A stretch of DNA of 64,000 bases from NCBI GenBank assembly GCA_000999095.1, contig LCFP01000003.1:93437-157436 (forward strand), read 5' to 3'. Shown piece by piece: positions 56,538 to 64,000 of this stretch. The stretch is from Candidatus Gottesmanbacteria bacterium GW2011_GWA2_43_14. GTDB lineage: Bacteria; Patescibacteriota; Microgenomatia; 2-02-FULL-39-11. Both the position numbers and the translations under genes were made by a program. The notes beneath the pieces were generated by a model. That model saw only the letters and a program-made list of their open reading frames with translations. It was not told where the DNA came from and made no database searches. The stretch's first letter is position 1. Each line of letters starts with the position of its first letter.

Positions 56538-56828
56538 TTACTTCTTTTTCCCGGGTTTGGCGGCCGGAGGGCTTTTTTTAACTGCCGGAGTTTTCTTTTT
56601 CAGCAGTTTTGACAGGTTTGACTTCAAGCGGGATGATTTGTTGTCATGATAGATTTTTTTCTTGCTTGCTTGGTCCAACAGGCTGGCTGCCTTATTATAA
56701 AGCTTTTCCGAAGGATTCTCCCTGTATAATTTGATGGCTTCTTTGACCTTGTTTTTGACAACAAGATTTACGGACCGTCTTTTAACGTCCTGCCTGAGTT
56801 TTTTTTCCGCTGATCTGGTGATAGGCAT
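56538..56828 (-). CDS. rpsT: 30S ribosomal protein S20
   Basis: MPITRSAEKKLRQDVKRRSVN is a bS20-like N-terminus. Basic, 96 aa. Confidence 0.8.
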   Translation of the reverse strand: MPITRSAEKKLRQDVKRRSVNLVVKNKVKEAIKLYRENPSEKLYNKAASLLDQASKKKIYHDNKSSRLKSNLSKLLKKKTPAVKKSPPAAKPGKKK

Positions 56829-56846
56829 GATTTACGTAGTATACTA

Positions 56847-58517
56847 GTGGAACTTGCAATGGTCAAGCTGATTAAAAACACTCTGACTATTCTGACGCGC
56901 CAGGAGAAGAACATACTGTCGGCGGCTTCGGTCATTATGACGGCTGTCGCTGTCTCCCGGCTTTTGGGTCTTTTCAGGGACAGGCTTCTGGCTGCCCGCT
57001 TTTCCCCGGAAGATTTGGGAGTTTATTACGCTGCTTTCCGGCTGCCCAACATGATTTTCGAGCTTTTGGTCATGGGAGCTTTGGCAACCGCTTTTATTCC
57101 GGTTTTTACTTCCTTTCTGGATAACAAAAGCAAGGAAGAAGCCAACAGACTGGCTTCCTCGGTCATCAATATCGGCCTGGTACTTTTTCTTTTTCTGGCT
57201 TTGCCTTTAATGATTTTTACTCCCTTCATCTCCCGTAAGCTGGCGCCGGGTTTTGACGAGAATCAAATCAGGCTGATGGTCGCATTTACCAGGATCATGA
57301 TTATTCCCCAGGTTTTTCCCCTGATTATAGGCAACTTTCTGACGGGCATCCTCCAGTCATACCGGAATTTTCTGATACCCGCCCTGGCGCCTGTCGTCTA
57401 TAACGTCGGCATTATTTTAGGCATTCTTTTTTTGACACCTGCGGCCGGACTGTACGCTCCGGTTGTCGGAGTGGTTTTCGGAGCATTGCTGTTTGTTTTA
57501 ATCCAAATTCCGTCCATTCTTTCATACGGATACCGCCACAAATTAAGTTTTGATTACAAAAACAAGGGTGTCAGGACAATCGGCAAACTGATGCTGCCGC
57601 GTACCCTTGGCCTGGCTGTTTCCCAAATCGATACCACCGTTGATCTGGTTTTGTCTACCCTTTTGGGCGCCTCGGCCGTTACTGTTTTTAATTTTGCCCA
57701 GCATTTGCAGCAGCTTCCGATAGGGCTTTTCGGTGTCAGTATTTCCCAGGCCTCGCTGCCGGCTTTGTCATCAGCCGCCGCCAGAGATGATAAACCCGAA
57801 TTCAAAAAAATATTACTTTCATCTTTCCATCAGATTCTTTTTCTGGTCCTGCCGGTTTCCTTTATACTGATTGTTTTGAGGATTCCCGTCGTCAGGCTTG
57901 TTTTCGGCGCATCAACTCTGTTTGACTGGGAATCAACCGTACTGACGGGCCTGACCCTGGCATATTTTTCGGTCTCCCTGTTCGCCCAATCCCTGGTTCA
58001 TCTTCTTGCCCGCGGATTTTACGCCCTGCAGGACACGAAAACTCCGGTTGTCATCGGCTTTGCGGCTGTCTTGACCAACGCAGCCTTATCAGTCCTGTTT
58101 GTAATGGTTTATCATCTGCCAATCTGGTCACTGGGATTTTCGGCCTCTGTGGCCAGTATATTGAATATGTTTCTGCTTTTGGTCTTTCTGATCAGAAAGG
58201 TAGGCAGTTTCGGCTACCATGAACTTCTCTACCCGATGTTCAAAATCTTTCTGGCAGGACTGGTGGCTGCTTTTGCCCTCTATATTCCCATCAAAGTCCT
58301 AGACCAGCTGGTTTTTGACACGACCCGCACCATCAACCTCTTTTTTCTGACAGGTATTTCCACTTTTATCGGATTGGCGGTCTATCTTTTTATCGCCTGG
58401 TTTTTGGATGTGCCCCAGATAGCAATCATCTTCAAAATTTTCCAAAGGCTCAAGCCCAGGGAGAAGGGTGTCCTTCTGGATACCACCCAGGAAGTGGTCA
58501 ATTTGCAGGAGAACTGA
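56847..58517 (+). CDS. murJ: lipid II flippase MurJ (MviN)
   Basis: 14 predicted TM segments, with LGLFRDRLLAARF and FGVSISQASLP blocks typical of MurJ. Confidence 0.8.
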   Translation: MELAMVKLIKNTLTILTRQEKNILSAASVIMTAVAVSRLLGLFRDRLLAARFSPEDLGVYYAAFRLPNMIFELLVMGALATAFIPVFTSFLDNKSKEEANRLASSVINIGLVLFLFLALPLMIFTPFISRKLAPGFDENQIRLMVAFTRIMIIPQVFPLIIGNFLTGILQSYRNFLIPALAPVVYNVGIILGILFLTPAAGLYAPVVGVVFGALLFVLIQIPSILSYGYRHKLSFDYKNKGVRTIGKLMLPRTLGLAVSQIDTTVDLVLSTLLGASAVTVFNFAQHLQQLPIGLFGVSISQASLPALSSAAARDDKPEFKKILLSSFHQILFLVLPVSFILIVLRIPVVRLVFGASTLFDWESTVLTGLTLAYFSVSLFAQSLVHLLARGFYALQDTKTPVVIGFAAVLTNAALSVLFVMVYHLPIWSLGFSASVASILNMFLLLVFLIRKVGSFGYHELLYPMFKIFLAGLVAAFALYIPIKVLDQLVFDTTRTINLFFLTGISTFIGLAVYLFIAWFLDVPQIAIIFKIFQRLKPREKGVLLDTTQEVVNLQEN

Positions 58518-58530
58518 ATTGCCATCCCGA

Positions 58531-58563
58531 ATGTGTCTAGCTATATCACACCTGGTGTGATAC
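58531..58563. repeat. REP-like palindromic element copy 5
   Basis: ATGTGTCTAGCTATATCACACCTGGTGTGATAC, in the convergent gap between murJ and the glycosidase gene. Confidence 0.65.
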
Positions 58564-58575
58564 AAGATACAAGAG

Positions 58576-60501
58576 TTAGAGGGTGACGGCTCCGTTGAAG
58601 CTTCTGGTGACGACTGGCTTGCCGTCATAAATTATTGAGAGGTTGTCGATGGCTCCGGGAAAGGGAAAGACGGACAAACGTGAGGCGGATCCCAGGGCAA
58701 GGGACGGGTCTAGACTCTTTTCGCTTAAGTTTCCGTCAACAGAAAGGGAAAATTTATCATAAGACCGGCGTAAAGTGACTCTGTGCCAGTCGCTTTGATT
58801 TTTCCAACCCATTATTTCCCGGGCCAGGATTTCCGTTTTTTGCCCGTCATAGACTGACATCGTCAAAAAATCGATTGTTTTGGAGGTGCGTTTCTCCAGG
58901 CTGATTTTAACAGGAGGGTTTTCTCCCTGGGTAAATTCCAGTTCCAGCAAAAGGACGGGTTTGTCGTCGTCCGGCCAAAGCGGTTTGAGCCAAAAGTCCA
59001 GTTGGGTTTCCGCGGCTTCCATCCCGGGCAGCAGCAAAACCAGCGGTTCTGTCTGGCCGAGGAAGGAAAGGGCCAAATCCGCACCCCCTTCTACCCCCTG
59101 GATAAACTGGGCCAAGCCGCTTATCCTGGAAAGGGAGATGTGGACAACCGCATCGGGCAACAGAACGAAATTTTTGCTGATAGTGCCGTCCAGCGATGTT
59201 ATCAGGGAATTGGCATCGGTATCCCTGAGCACATCTTTTGCCTTCAGGCGGTAATATCCCGGTTCCAAGCCGCTTAAGATTACGGGTACATTCTCCAGAT
59301 TTTTTTCCGCCAGGTCGTAGTTGACCAGGAGAATGCCGATGTCACCGTTGTCCTTCTTTGCTGCCATTGCTTTAACAAAAGTGCCTTCCCCGGCGATTTT
59401 TAATTTTCTGCCGGAAATCCGCGAAAGGGTCATAAAAACACGGTAACGGCTTTTGACTTCCAGAGGATTGGTGCTTTTTTCATGCGTAATCAGGCCCCAT
59501 TTGCCGCCGTCAGGCGGCGGGCCGTCTTTGACTTCAAAATTGAAAACTGCTTCAGCCCTATTGCCCAATTGCGCTACAACTGCTGCCGCATGGGCTGCCG
59601 CCTTGTTGCCTTGGCTCATTTCATTTTTTTCCGAATCTATACCCCACTCGCTGATGACGAGGGGCAGAGACGAAAGATTGGGATAAAGGGAGAGGATTTC
59701 CCGTGTTTTTTCAAGGTCGCGGCGGAATACCAGGGGATCCTGGTGGTAACGGTGAAAGGAGTAGAAATCCAGGCGGGCTTTTCCTTCCGAAGCTATTTTT
59801 GCCATGGCTTCGATCCATTTGGGATAGTATGAGCCGACAGCCGGACCGCCGAAGTAAAAAGGATTGGCCCCGCTTACGGCTGCAGCGCCGCGGGCGGCGG
59901 AGATATAGAGATCAGCGTAGCTTTTAGAGCCGGCCGGTGTAAATTTGCCAAAACCGGGCAGTTCCGGTTCATTCCAGACTTCATAATAGACGCCGGCCAG
60001 ATTGCGGAAATCCTTTCCCGAGTAGTGCAGGACCGTTTCCTTAACCAGGTTTTCCCACAACAGCCAATCCGACGGTTTATCGATGACCGAACCTGTTGCG
60101 GTAAACTCAGCAGGCATATATGACAGGCTGAAAAAAGGTTTGGCGCCCATCTCCAGAATCCGGTCAACCGTTTCGTCTAAAAGGGTGAAATCGAAAACCA
60201 GCCCTTGAGCAGTTTTTTTGACCACCCGGTAGCGGTCATAAATGTGGTCGATCCTGATGTAGCGGGGGGAAAGCGGTTTCATAAGCCCGGTCACATTGTC
60301 AAACATGGGCGGCGGCTCTTCGCCGCCCTGGGCGAAATTGGCCCAGCTGTTTTTGATATCGCCGTCTGTGTTTTTTACATCGATTGCGATATTGGCGGGT
60401 ACGGAAGCGGCCCTGCCGATCAAAGACAAAACATCATCCGAGTATAAGAGAAGCAGGGGAATCAGGATAAACAAAACAAGAGGCAGCAGTTTTTTCAGCA
60501 T
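58576..60501 (-). CDS. secreted clan GH-A glycoside hydrolase with C-terminal beta-sandwich domain
   Basis: VYYEVWNEPE (the NEP acid/base motif of GH5/GH39-type TIM barrels). N-terminal signal/TM. Start taken at MLKKLLPL; the ORF track extends to 60552 across the CIRCE. Confidence 0.5.
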   Translation of the reverse strand: MLKKLLPLVLFILIPLLLLYSDDVLSLIGRAASVPANIAIDVKNTDGDIKNSWANFAQGGEEPPPMFDNVTGLMKPLSPRYIRIDHIYDRYRVVKKTAQGLVFDFTLLDETVDRILEMGAKPFFSLSYMPAEFTATGSVIDKPSDWLLWENLVKETVLHYSGKDFRNLAGVYYEVWNEPELPGFGKFTPAGSKSYADLYISAARGAAAVSGANPFYFGGPAVGSYYPKWIEAMAKIASEGKARLDFYSFHRYHQDPLVFRRDLEKTREILSLYPNLSSLPLVISEWGIDSEKNEMSQGNKAAAHAAAVVAQLGNRAEAVFNFEVKDGPPPDGGKWGLITHEKSTNPLEVKSRYRVFMTLSRISGRKLKIAGEGTFVKAMAAKKDNGDIGILLVNYDLAEKNLENVPVILSGLEPGYYRLKAKDVLRDTDANSLITSLDGTISKNFVLLPDAVVHISLSRISGLAQFIQGVEGGADLALSFLGQTEPLVLLLPGMEAAETQLDFWLKPLWPDDDKPVLLLELEFTQGENPPVKISLEKRTSKTIDFLTMSVYDGQKTEILAREIMGWKNQSDWHRVTLRRSYDKFSLSVDGNLSEKSLDPSLALGSASRLSVFPFPGAIDNLSIIYDGKPVVTRSFNGAVTL

Positions 60502-60541
60502 TAATTTGATCTTAACAGGAATTTCCACGGCTTGACAAACC

Positions 60542-60568
60542 TTAGCAGTCATGATATCTTAGTGCTAA
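60542..60568 (+). promoter_or_regulatory. CIRCE operator (TTAGCAGTC-N9-TAGTGCTAA) upstream of hrcA-grpE-dnaK
   Basis: One mismatch per arm to TTAGCACTC-N9-GAGTGCTAA. It lies 5 nt upstream of the hrcA ATG. Confidence 0.6.
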
Positions 60569-60573
60569 TTTGT

Positions 60574-61305
60574 ATGGTTGATCTTACCGACAGACAGCTC
60601 CATATCCTCAAGGTAATCATCGAGGAATATATTGATACTGCCATGCCGGTAGCCTCGGAGACTTTGGACAAAAAATACAACCTGGGCGTTTCCCCGGCTA
60701 CCATCCGCAATGAAATGGTCAGACTGACGACATCCGGTTATCTTAAACAGCCGCATACATCAGCCGGGCGAACCCCGACCCCTCTGGCTTTAAAATTCTA
60801 TGTCGATCGTTTAATGAAGCCCAAGGAATTGTCCGTATCGGACGAAGTTTCCGTCAAACAGAATATCTGGGACCACAGAAAGGAAATGGACGAGCTTTTG
60901 CGCGAAGCGACCAGAACTTTGGCTAAGCAGAGTAAAACCCTGTCCCTGGCAGCCACCGATGAGGGAGATTTTTTCACCTCCGGTATCGGCAATATTCTCG
61001 AGATGCCTGAATTTTACGACATAGACATCACCAAGCATCTTTTGGACACTTTGGATGAGGCCGAGTACTGGTGGAAAATACTTTCCGGCTATTCCGATCA
61101 GGATGAAAGCCTCTATATTCTGGTGGGTGAAGAGTTCGGGGGCAATCTCCTCAACAATTGCGGCGGCATCTTCGTCAGTTTCCGGTCTGCCGAACACAAA
61201 GGGGCTATCGGAGTTGTGGGGCCGACCAGGCTGAATTATTCCAGGCTGGTTCCGGTCGTGCGCTATATGGGCAGTCTCATCAATGATCTGGCCAAAAATC
61301 TGTAA
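60574..61305 (+). CDS. hrcA: heat-inducible transcription repressor HrcA (short form)
   Basis: LTDRQLHILKVIIEEYIDTAMPVASETL...SPATIRNEM is the wHTH of HrcA. TAATG-coupled to grpE. Confidence 0.8.
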   Translation: MVDLTDRQLHILKVIIEEYIDTAMPVASETLDKKYNLGVSPATIRNEMVRLTTSGYLKQPHTSAGRTPTPLALKFYVDRLMKPKELSVSDEVSVKQNIWDHRKEMDELLREATRTLAKQSKTLSLAATDEGDFFTSGIGNILEMPEFYDIDITKHLLDTLDEAEYWWKILSGYSDQDESLYILVGEEFGGNLLNNCGGIFVSFRSAEHKGAIGVVGPTRLNYSRLVPVVRYMGSLINDLAKNL

Positions 61306-61745
61306 TGCAAATGAAGAAAGACGACATAAAAAAAGAAAATCTAAAGGAAGAGATTGAAAGCTGGAAAAATAAATATTTAAGAGCCCTGGCTGATTACCAG
61401 AACCTAGAGAGGCGAATCAGTGAAAACAGGCTGGAGGAAAGAAAACAGGCGGCTACTGAATTTGTTCTTAAATTTCTGCCTGTTTTGGACGATTTGCTGC
61501 ATGCTCAAAGGGATTTGGAGAACCCCGGCTTGAATCTTATCCTGAAAAAAGCCGATGACATTTTAAAATCGGAAAACATCGAAAAAATCGGGACCAAGGA
61601 TAAGGAATTTGATCCTCACCTGATGGAATGCGTGGAACTGGCAGAGAGTGAAGCGGACAACAGGGTTGTAAAAGAAGTCCGGCCGGGTTACCGCCGGGGA
61701 GATAAGATTTTGAGGGCTGCCCGGGTGGTCGTCGGACAGATCTGA
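61305..61745 (+). CDS. grpE: nucleotide exchange factor GrpE
   Basis: [21 protein letters not shown], and the C-terminal beta domain [19 protein letters not shown]. Confidence 0.85.
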   Translation: MQMKKDDIKKENLKEEIESWKNKYLRALADYQNLERRISENRLEERKQAATEFVLKFLPVLDDLLHAQRDLENPGLNLILKKADDILKSENIEKIGTKDKEFDPHLMECVELAESEADNRVVKEVRPGYRRGDKILRAARVVVGQI

Positions 61746-61804
61746 AAACAGCCGGTGTAAATGAAGCTCACCAGCAGCGAGGCCGAAACGTCATCCCGTC
61801 AGTT

Positions 61805-63607
61805 GTGGATCCCGTCAAACGGATCGTCGGTGACGTGGCCAAACGCCAGATGATCATCAATCCCAAATCGACTGTCTTTTCCATTAAACGCCTGATGGGC
61901 AGGAAATTCAACGACAAATCGGTCCAGAAGGACATGAAATGGCTGCCTTATACCATCAAGGCCGGACGCGACAACATGGCGGTTGTCGAGGTCGAAGGCA
62001 AAACTTATACGCCCCAGGAAATTTCCGCCCAGATTTTGCAGAAGATCAAAGCCGACGCGGAAAGCTATTTGGGTGATAAAGTCACCGAAGCAGTCATCAC
62101 CGTCCCGGCTTATTTTGACGATGCCCAAAGGCAGGCCACCAAACAGGCGGGCGAGATTGCCGGGCTGATCGTCAAAAGGATTATTAACGAGCCGACGGCG
62201 GCAGCTTTGGCATATGGTCTCGATAAAAAACATTCCCATACAGTAGCAGTTTACGATTTGGGAGGCGGCACTTTTGATATTTCCGTTTTGGAGCTTGGTG
62301 AAGGCGTTTATGAAGTCAAAGCCACCAACGGCGATACGCATCTTGGAGGAGACGACTTTGATCAGGTCATCCTGGATTATATTGCTGAGGAATTTAAGAA
62401 AGAACAGAATGTCGATCTCAGGAAAGACCCGCAGGCACTGCAGAGATTGAGGGATGCTGCCGAGAAAGCCAAGATAGAACTGTCGACCTCGATTGTGGCC
62501 GATATCAATCTGCCGTTTATCACCCAGGGTAAGGAAGGGCCTCTTCACCTGGTGCAGAAACTCACCAGGGCCAAGCTGGAAACAATTGTGGGGGAACTGA
62601 TTGATAAGACAATCCCTCCGGTTGAGGCCTGCCTGAAGGATGCCGGCATCGACAAAAGCAAAATCGATGAAATTGTTTTAGTCGGCGGCATGACCAGAAT
62701 GCCGAGAGTCCTTGCCAAAGTCAAGGAATTTTTCGGAAAAGAGCCGAATAAAAGCGTCAATCCTGATGAAGTGGTGGCCATAGGCGCGGCTGTCCAGGCC
62801 GGTGTTTTGACAGGTGAAGTCAAGGATGTGGTTTTGCTGGATGTTACGCCTTTGACTTTGGGCGTTGAGACGCTAGGCGGAGTTTCCACTCCATTGATTA
62901 CCAGGAATACGACCGTCCCGACGAGCAAAAGCGAAGTTTTCTCGACGGCTGCCGATAACCAGACTTCGGTCGAGATAAATATTCTGCAGGGAGAAAGGCC
63001 GATGGCGGCAGACAATAAATCATTGGGCCGCATTATTCTCGACGGCATCCCGCCGGCACCCAGGGGGGTGCCCCAGGTCGAAGTCAATTTTGACATAGAT
63101 GCCAACGGCATCCTCAATGTCTCGGCCAAGGACAAGGCGACCGGAAAAAGCCAAAGCATCAGGATCACTTCCTCGACAGGCCTGTCGCAGGATGAAATCG
63201 AAAAAATGACCAAGGAAGCGGAAGCCCACTCCAAAGAGGATCAGGAGAAAAAAGACAAAATTGAGACCCGCAACAAGGCAGACAATATGATTTATGTGGC
63301 GGAAAAATCCCTAAAGGACGCGGAAGGCAAAGTTGGTGATGACGTAAAAAAAGAGGTTGAGGAAAAAATCAGCGCCCTCAAAGGCATTCTGGAGAGCGGC
63401 GGTAAAGAAGAACTGGAAAGTAAAACCAAAGACCTTTCCGATTCGCTGTCGAAAATCGGCCAGGCCATGTACCAGGGCCAGCAAACTCAGCCTCCTTCGG
63501 CTGACCAGCCGCCTTCCGGAGATAATAAAGAGGACAAAAACGGGGAAAAGAAGAAAGGCAAGAAAAAAGACAAGGAAGATGTCCAGGAAGGCGAAGTAGT
63601 CTCGTAA
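61805..63607 (+). CDS. dnaK: chaperone DnaK (Hsp70), lacking the canonical N-terminal ~25-45 residues
   Basis: [64 protein letters not shown] and LVGGMTRMP. The first available start is GTG at 61805. The IGIDLGTTNS phosphate-1 motif has no coding space. Confidence 0.85.
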   Translation: MDPVKRIVGDVAKRQMIINPKSTVFSIKRLMGRKFNDKSVQKDMKWLPYTIKAGRDNMAVVEVEGKTYTPQEISAQILQKIKADAESYLGDKVTEAVITVPAYFDDAQRQATKQAGEIAGLIVKRIINEPTAAALAYGLDKKHSHTVAVYDLGGGTFDISVLELGEGVYEVKATNGDTHLGGDDFDQVILDYIAEEFKKEQNVDLRKDPQALQRLRDAAEKAKIELSTSIVADINLPFITQGKEGPLHLVQKLTRAKLETIVGELIDKTIPPVEACLKDAGIDKSKIDEIVLVGGMTRMPRVLAKVKEFFGKEPNKSVNPDEVVAIGAAVQAGVLTGEVKDVVLLDVTPLTLGVETLGGVSTPLITRNTTVPTSKSEVFSTAADNQTSVEINILQGERPMAADNKSLGRIILDGIPPAPRGVPQVEVNFDIDANGILNVSAKDKATGKSQSIRITSSTGLSQDEIEKMTKEAEAHSKEDQEKKDKIETRNKADNMIYVAEKSLKDAEGKVGDDVKKEVEEKISALKGILESGGKEELESKTKDLSDSLSKIGQAMYQGQQTQPPSADQPPSGDNKEDKNGEKKKGKKKDKEDVQEGEVVS

Positions 63608-64000
63608 TGGTACCAATCGGAAAAAAAATCAATCTCACGGCAGAACTGTTTGCCGTTTGCGATTATACATTGATCTCCCGGGACGGAAAAATCTCGATCA
63701 TCGGCATCTTTGACCGGATCGGGTCGGTTAATTTTCCGACCGTCCATCCGAAGATGGTTCTGGCGGCAGTACTGCGGGGAGAGAAAAACAGCAAGTTGAT
63801 AATTTCCCTTGAAGTGATCAGTCCTGCCGGAAGAGAAGTGCTAAAGGAGCAGAATAAAACCATCCAAATTCAATTAACGCTTAGTCCATTCGGAAAAGGC
63901 AACTTAATAATTGATTTAGTGACTTTCCGTTTTGATACCGAAGGGGAATACCGTTTCATCCTGAAACATGATAATAAAATTTTTGCCCAGACTTCCGTTA
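63607..64000 (+). CDS. hypothetical protein (N-terminal 131 aa; continues past the window end)
   Basis: I translated from the ATG overlapping the dnaK stop (TAATG): [39 protein letters not shown]... It is not DnaJ-like, since no J-domain is present. Absent from the ORF track because there is no in-window stop. Confidence 0.35.
   Translation, partial: MVPIGKKINLTAELFAVCDYTLISRDGKISIIGIFDRIGSVNFPTVHPKMVLAAVLRGEKNSKLIISLEVISPAGREVLKEQNKTIQIQLTLSPFGKGNLIIDLVTFRFDTEGEYRFILKHDNKIFAQTSV

Noticed and set aside
60532-60573. TTG start for hrcA at 60532 and the glycosidase start at 60552
   Set aside because: Both extensions would read across the CIRCE operator. Conserved N-termini begin at the internal Met codons (60574 plus strand; 60501 minus strand).
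61703-61804. An upstream alternative start that would restore the DnaK N-terminus
   Set aside because: I checked the dnaK frame codon by codon from the in-frame stop at 61703. There is no ATG/GTG/TTG before 61805. The other two frames contain no GIDLGTTNS-like sequence.
61799-63234. Minus-strand ORFs of 249 and 229 aa overlapping dnaK
   Set aside because: Antisense to a conserved Hsp70 CDS, with no motifs or start context.

Overview
This 64 kb window looks like a gene-dense, largely syntenic chromosomal segment from a small-genome bacterium. Housekeeping genes are unusually compact. A Patescibacteria/CPR-like lineage is my inference only. The evidence is short ValRS/MetRS/HrcA, type IV pilus genes, FemAB-family genes and many 4-nt start/stop overlaps. 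TGA is used as a stop codon (standard code). Main content, in order: a lipoprotein with a receiver-like domain; three VapBC-type toxin-antitoxin pairs; a LexA-controlled UmuC-like Y-family polymerase cassette with a Cheo-type LexA box; flavodoxin, a CMP-kinase-like protein and Dtd; a minus-strand type IV pilus operon (PilB, PilC, four prepilin-like proteins including a 644-aa one, and a major pilin); ValRS, TsaD, VanW and an orphan solute-binding protein; groES-groEL with a sigma70-like promoter and a CIRCE-like element; an envelope glycan cluster (MraY/WecA-like, GT-C, processive GT2); TatD and MetRS; RmuC, a VIT1-family protein, and a UvrD-helicase fused to a Cas4-like Fe-S nuclease; Nif3; a second glycan/peptide cluster (two GT2 genes, a NeuD-like acyltransferase, a BKACE-family enzyme and two FemAB-family proteins); PcrA, TPI and LCP; a REP-associated tyrosine transposase (RAYT)-like gene flanked by two copies of a 33-bp palindromic element, with three further copies at gene ends; a PilN/PilO-like locus with a Thr/Pro-rich surface protein; S20, MurJ, a clan GH-A glycosidase; and a CIRCE-hrcA-grpE-dnaK operon in which dnaK lacks its first ~25-45 codons. 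No rRNA, tRNA or CRISPR was found. Two edge-truncated CDSs (1-705 minus strand, 63607-64000 plus strand) are missing from the ORF track.
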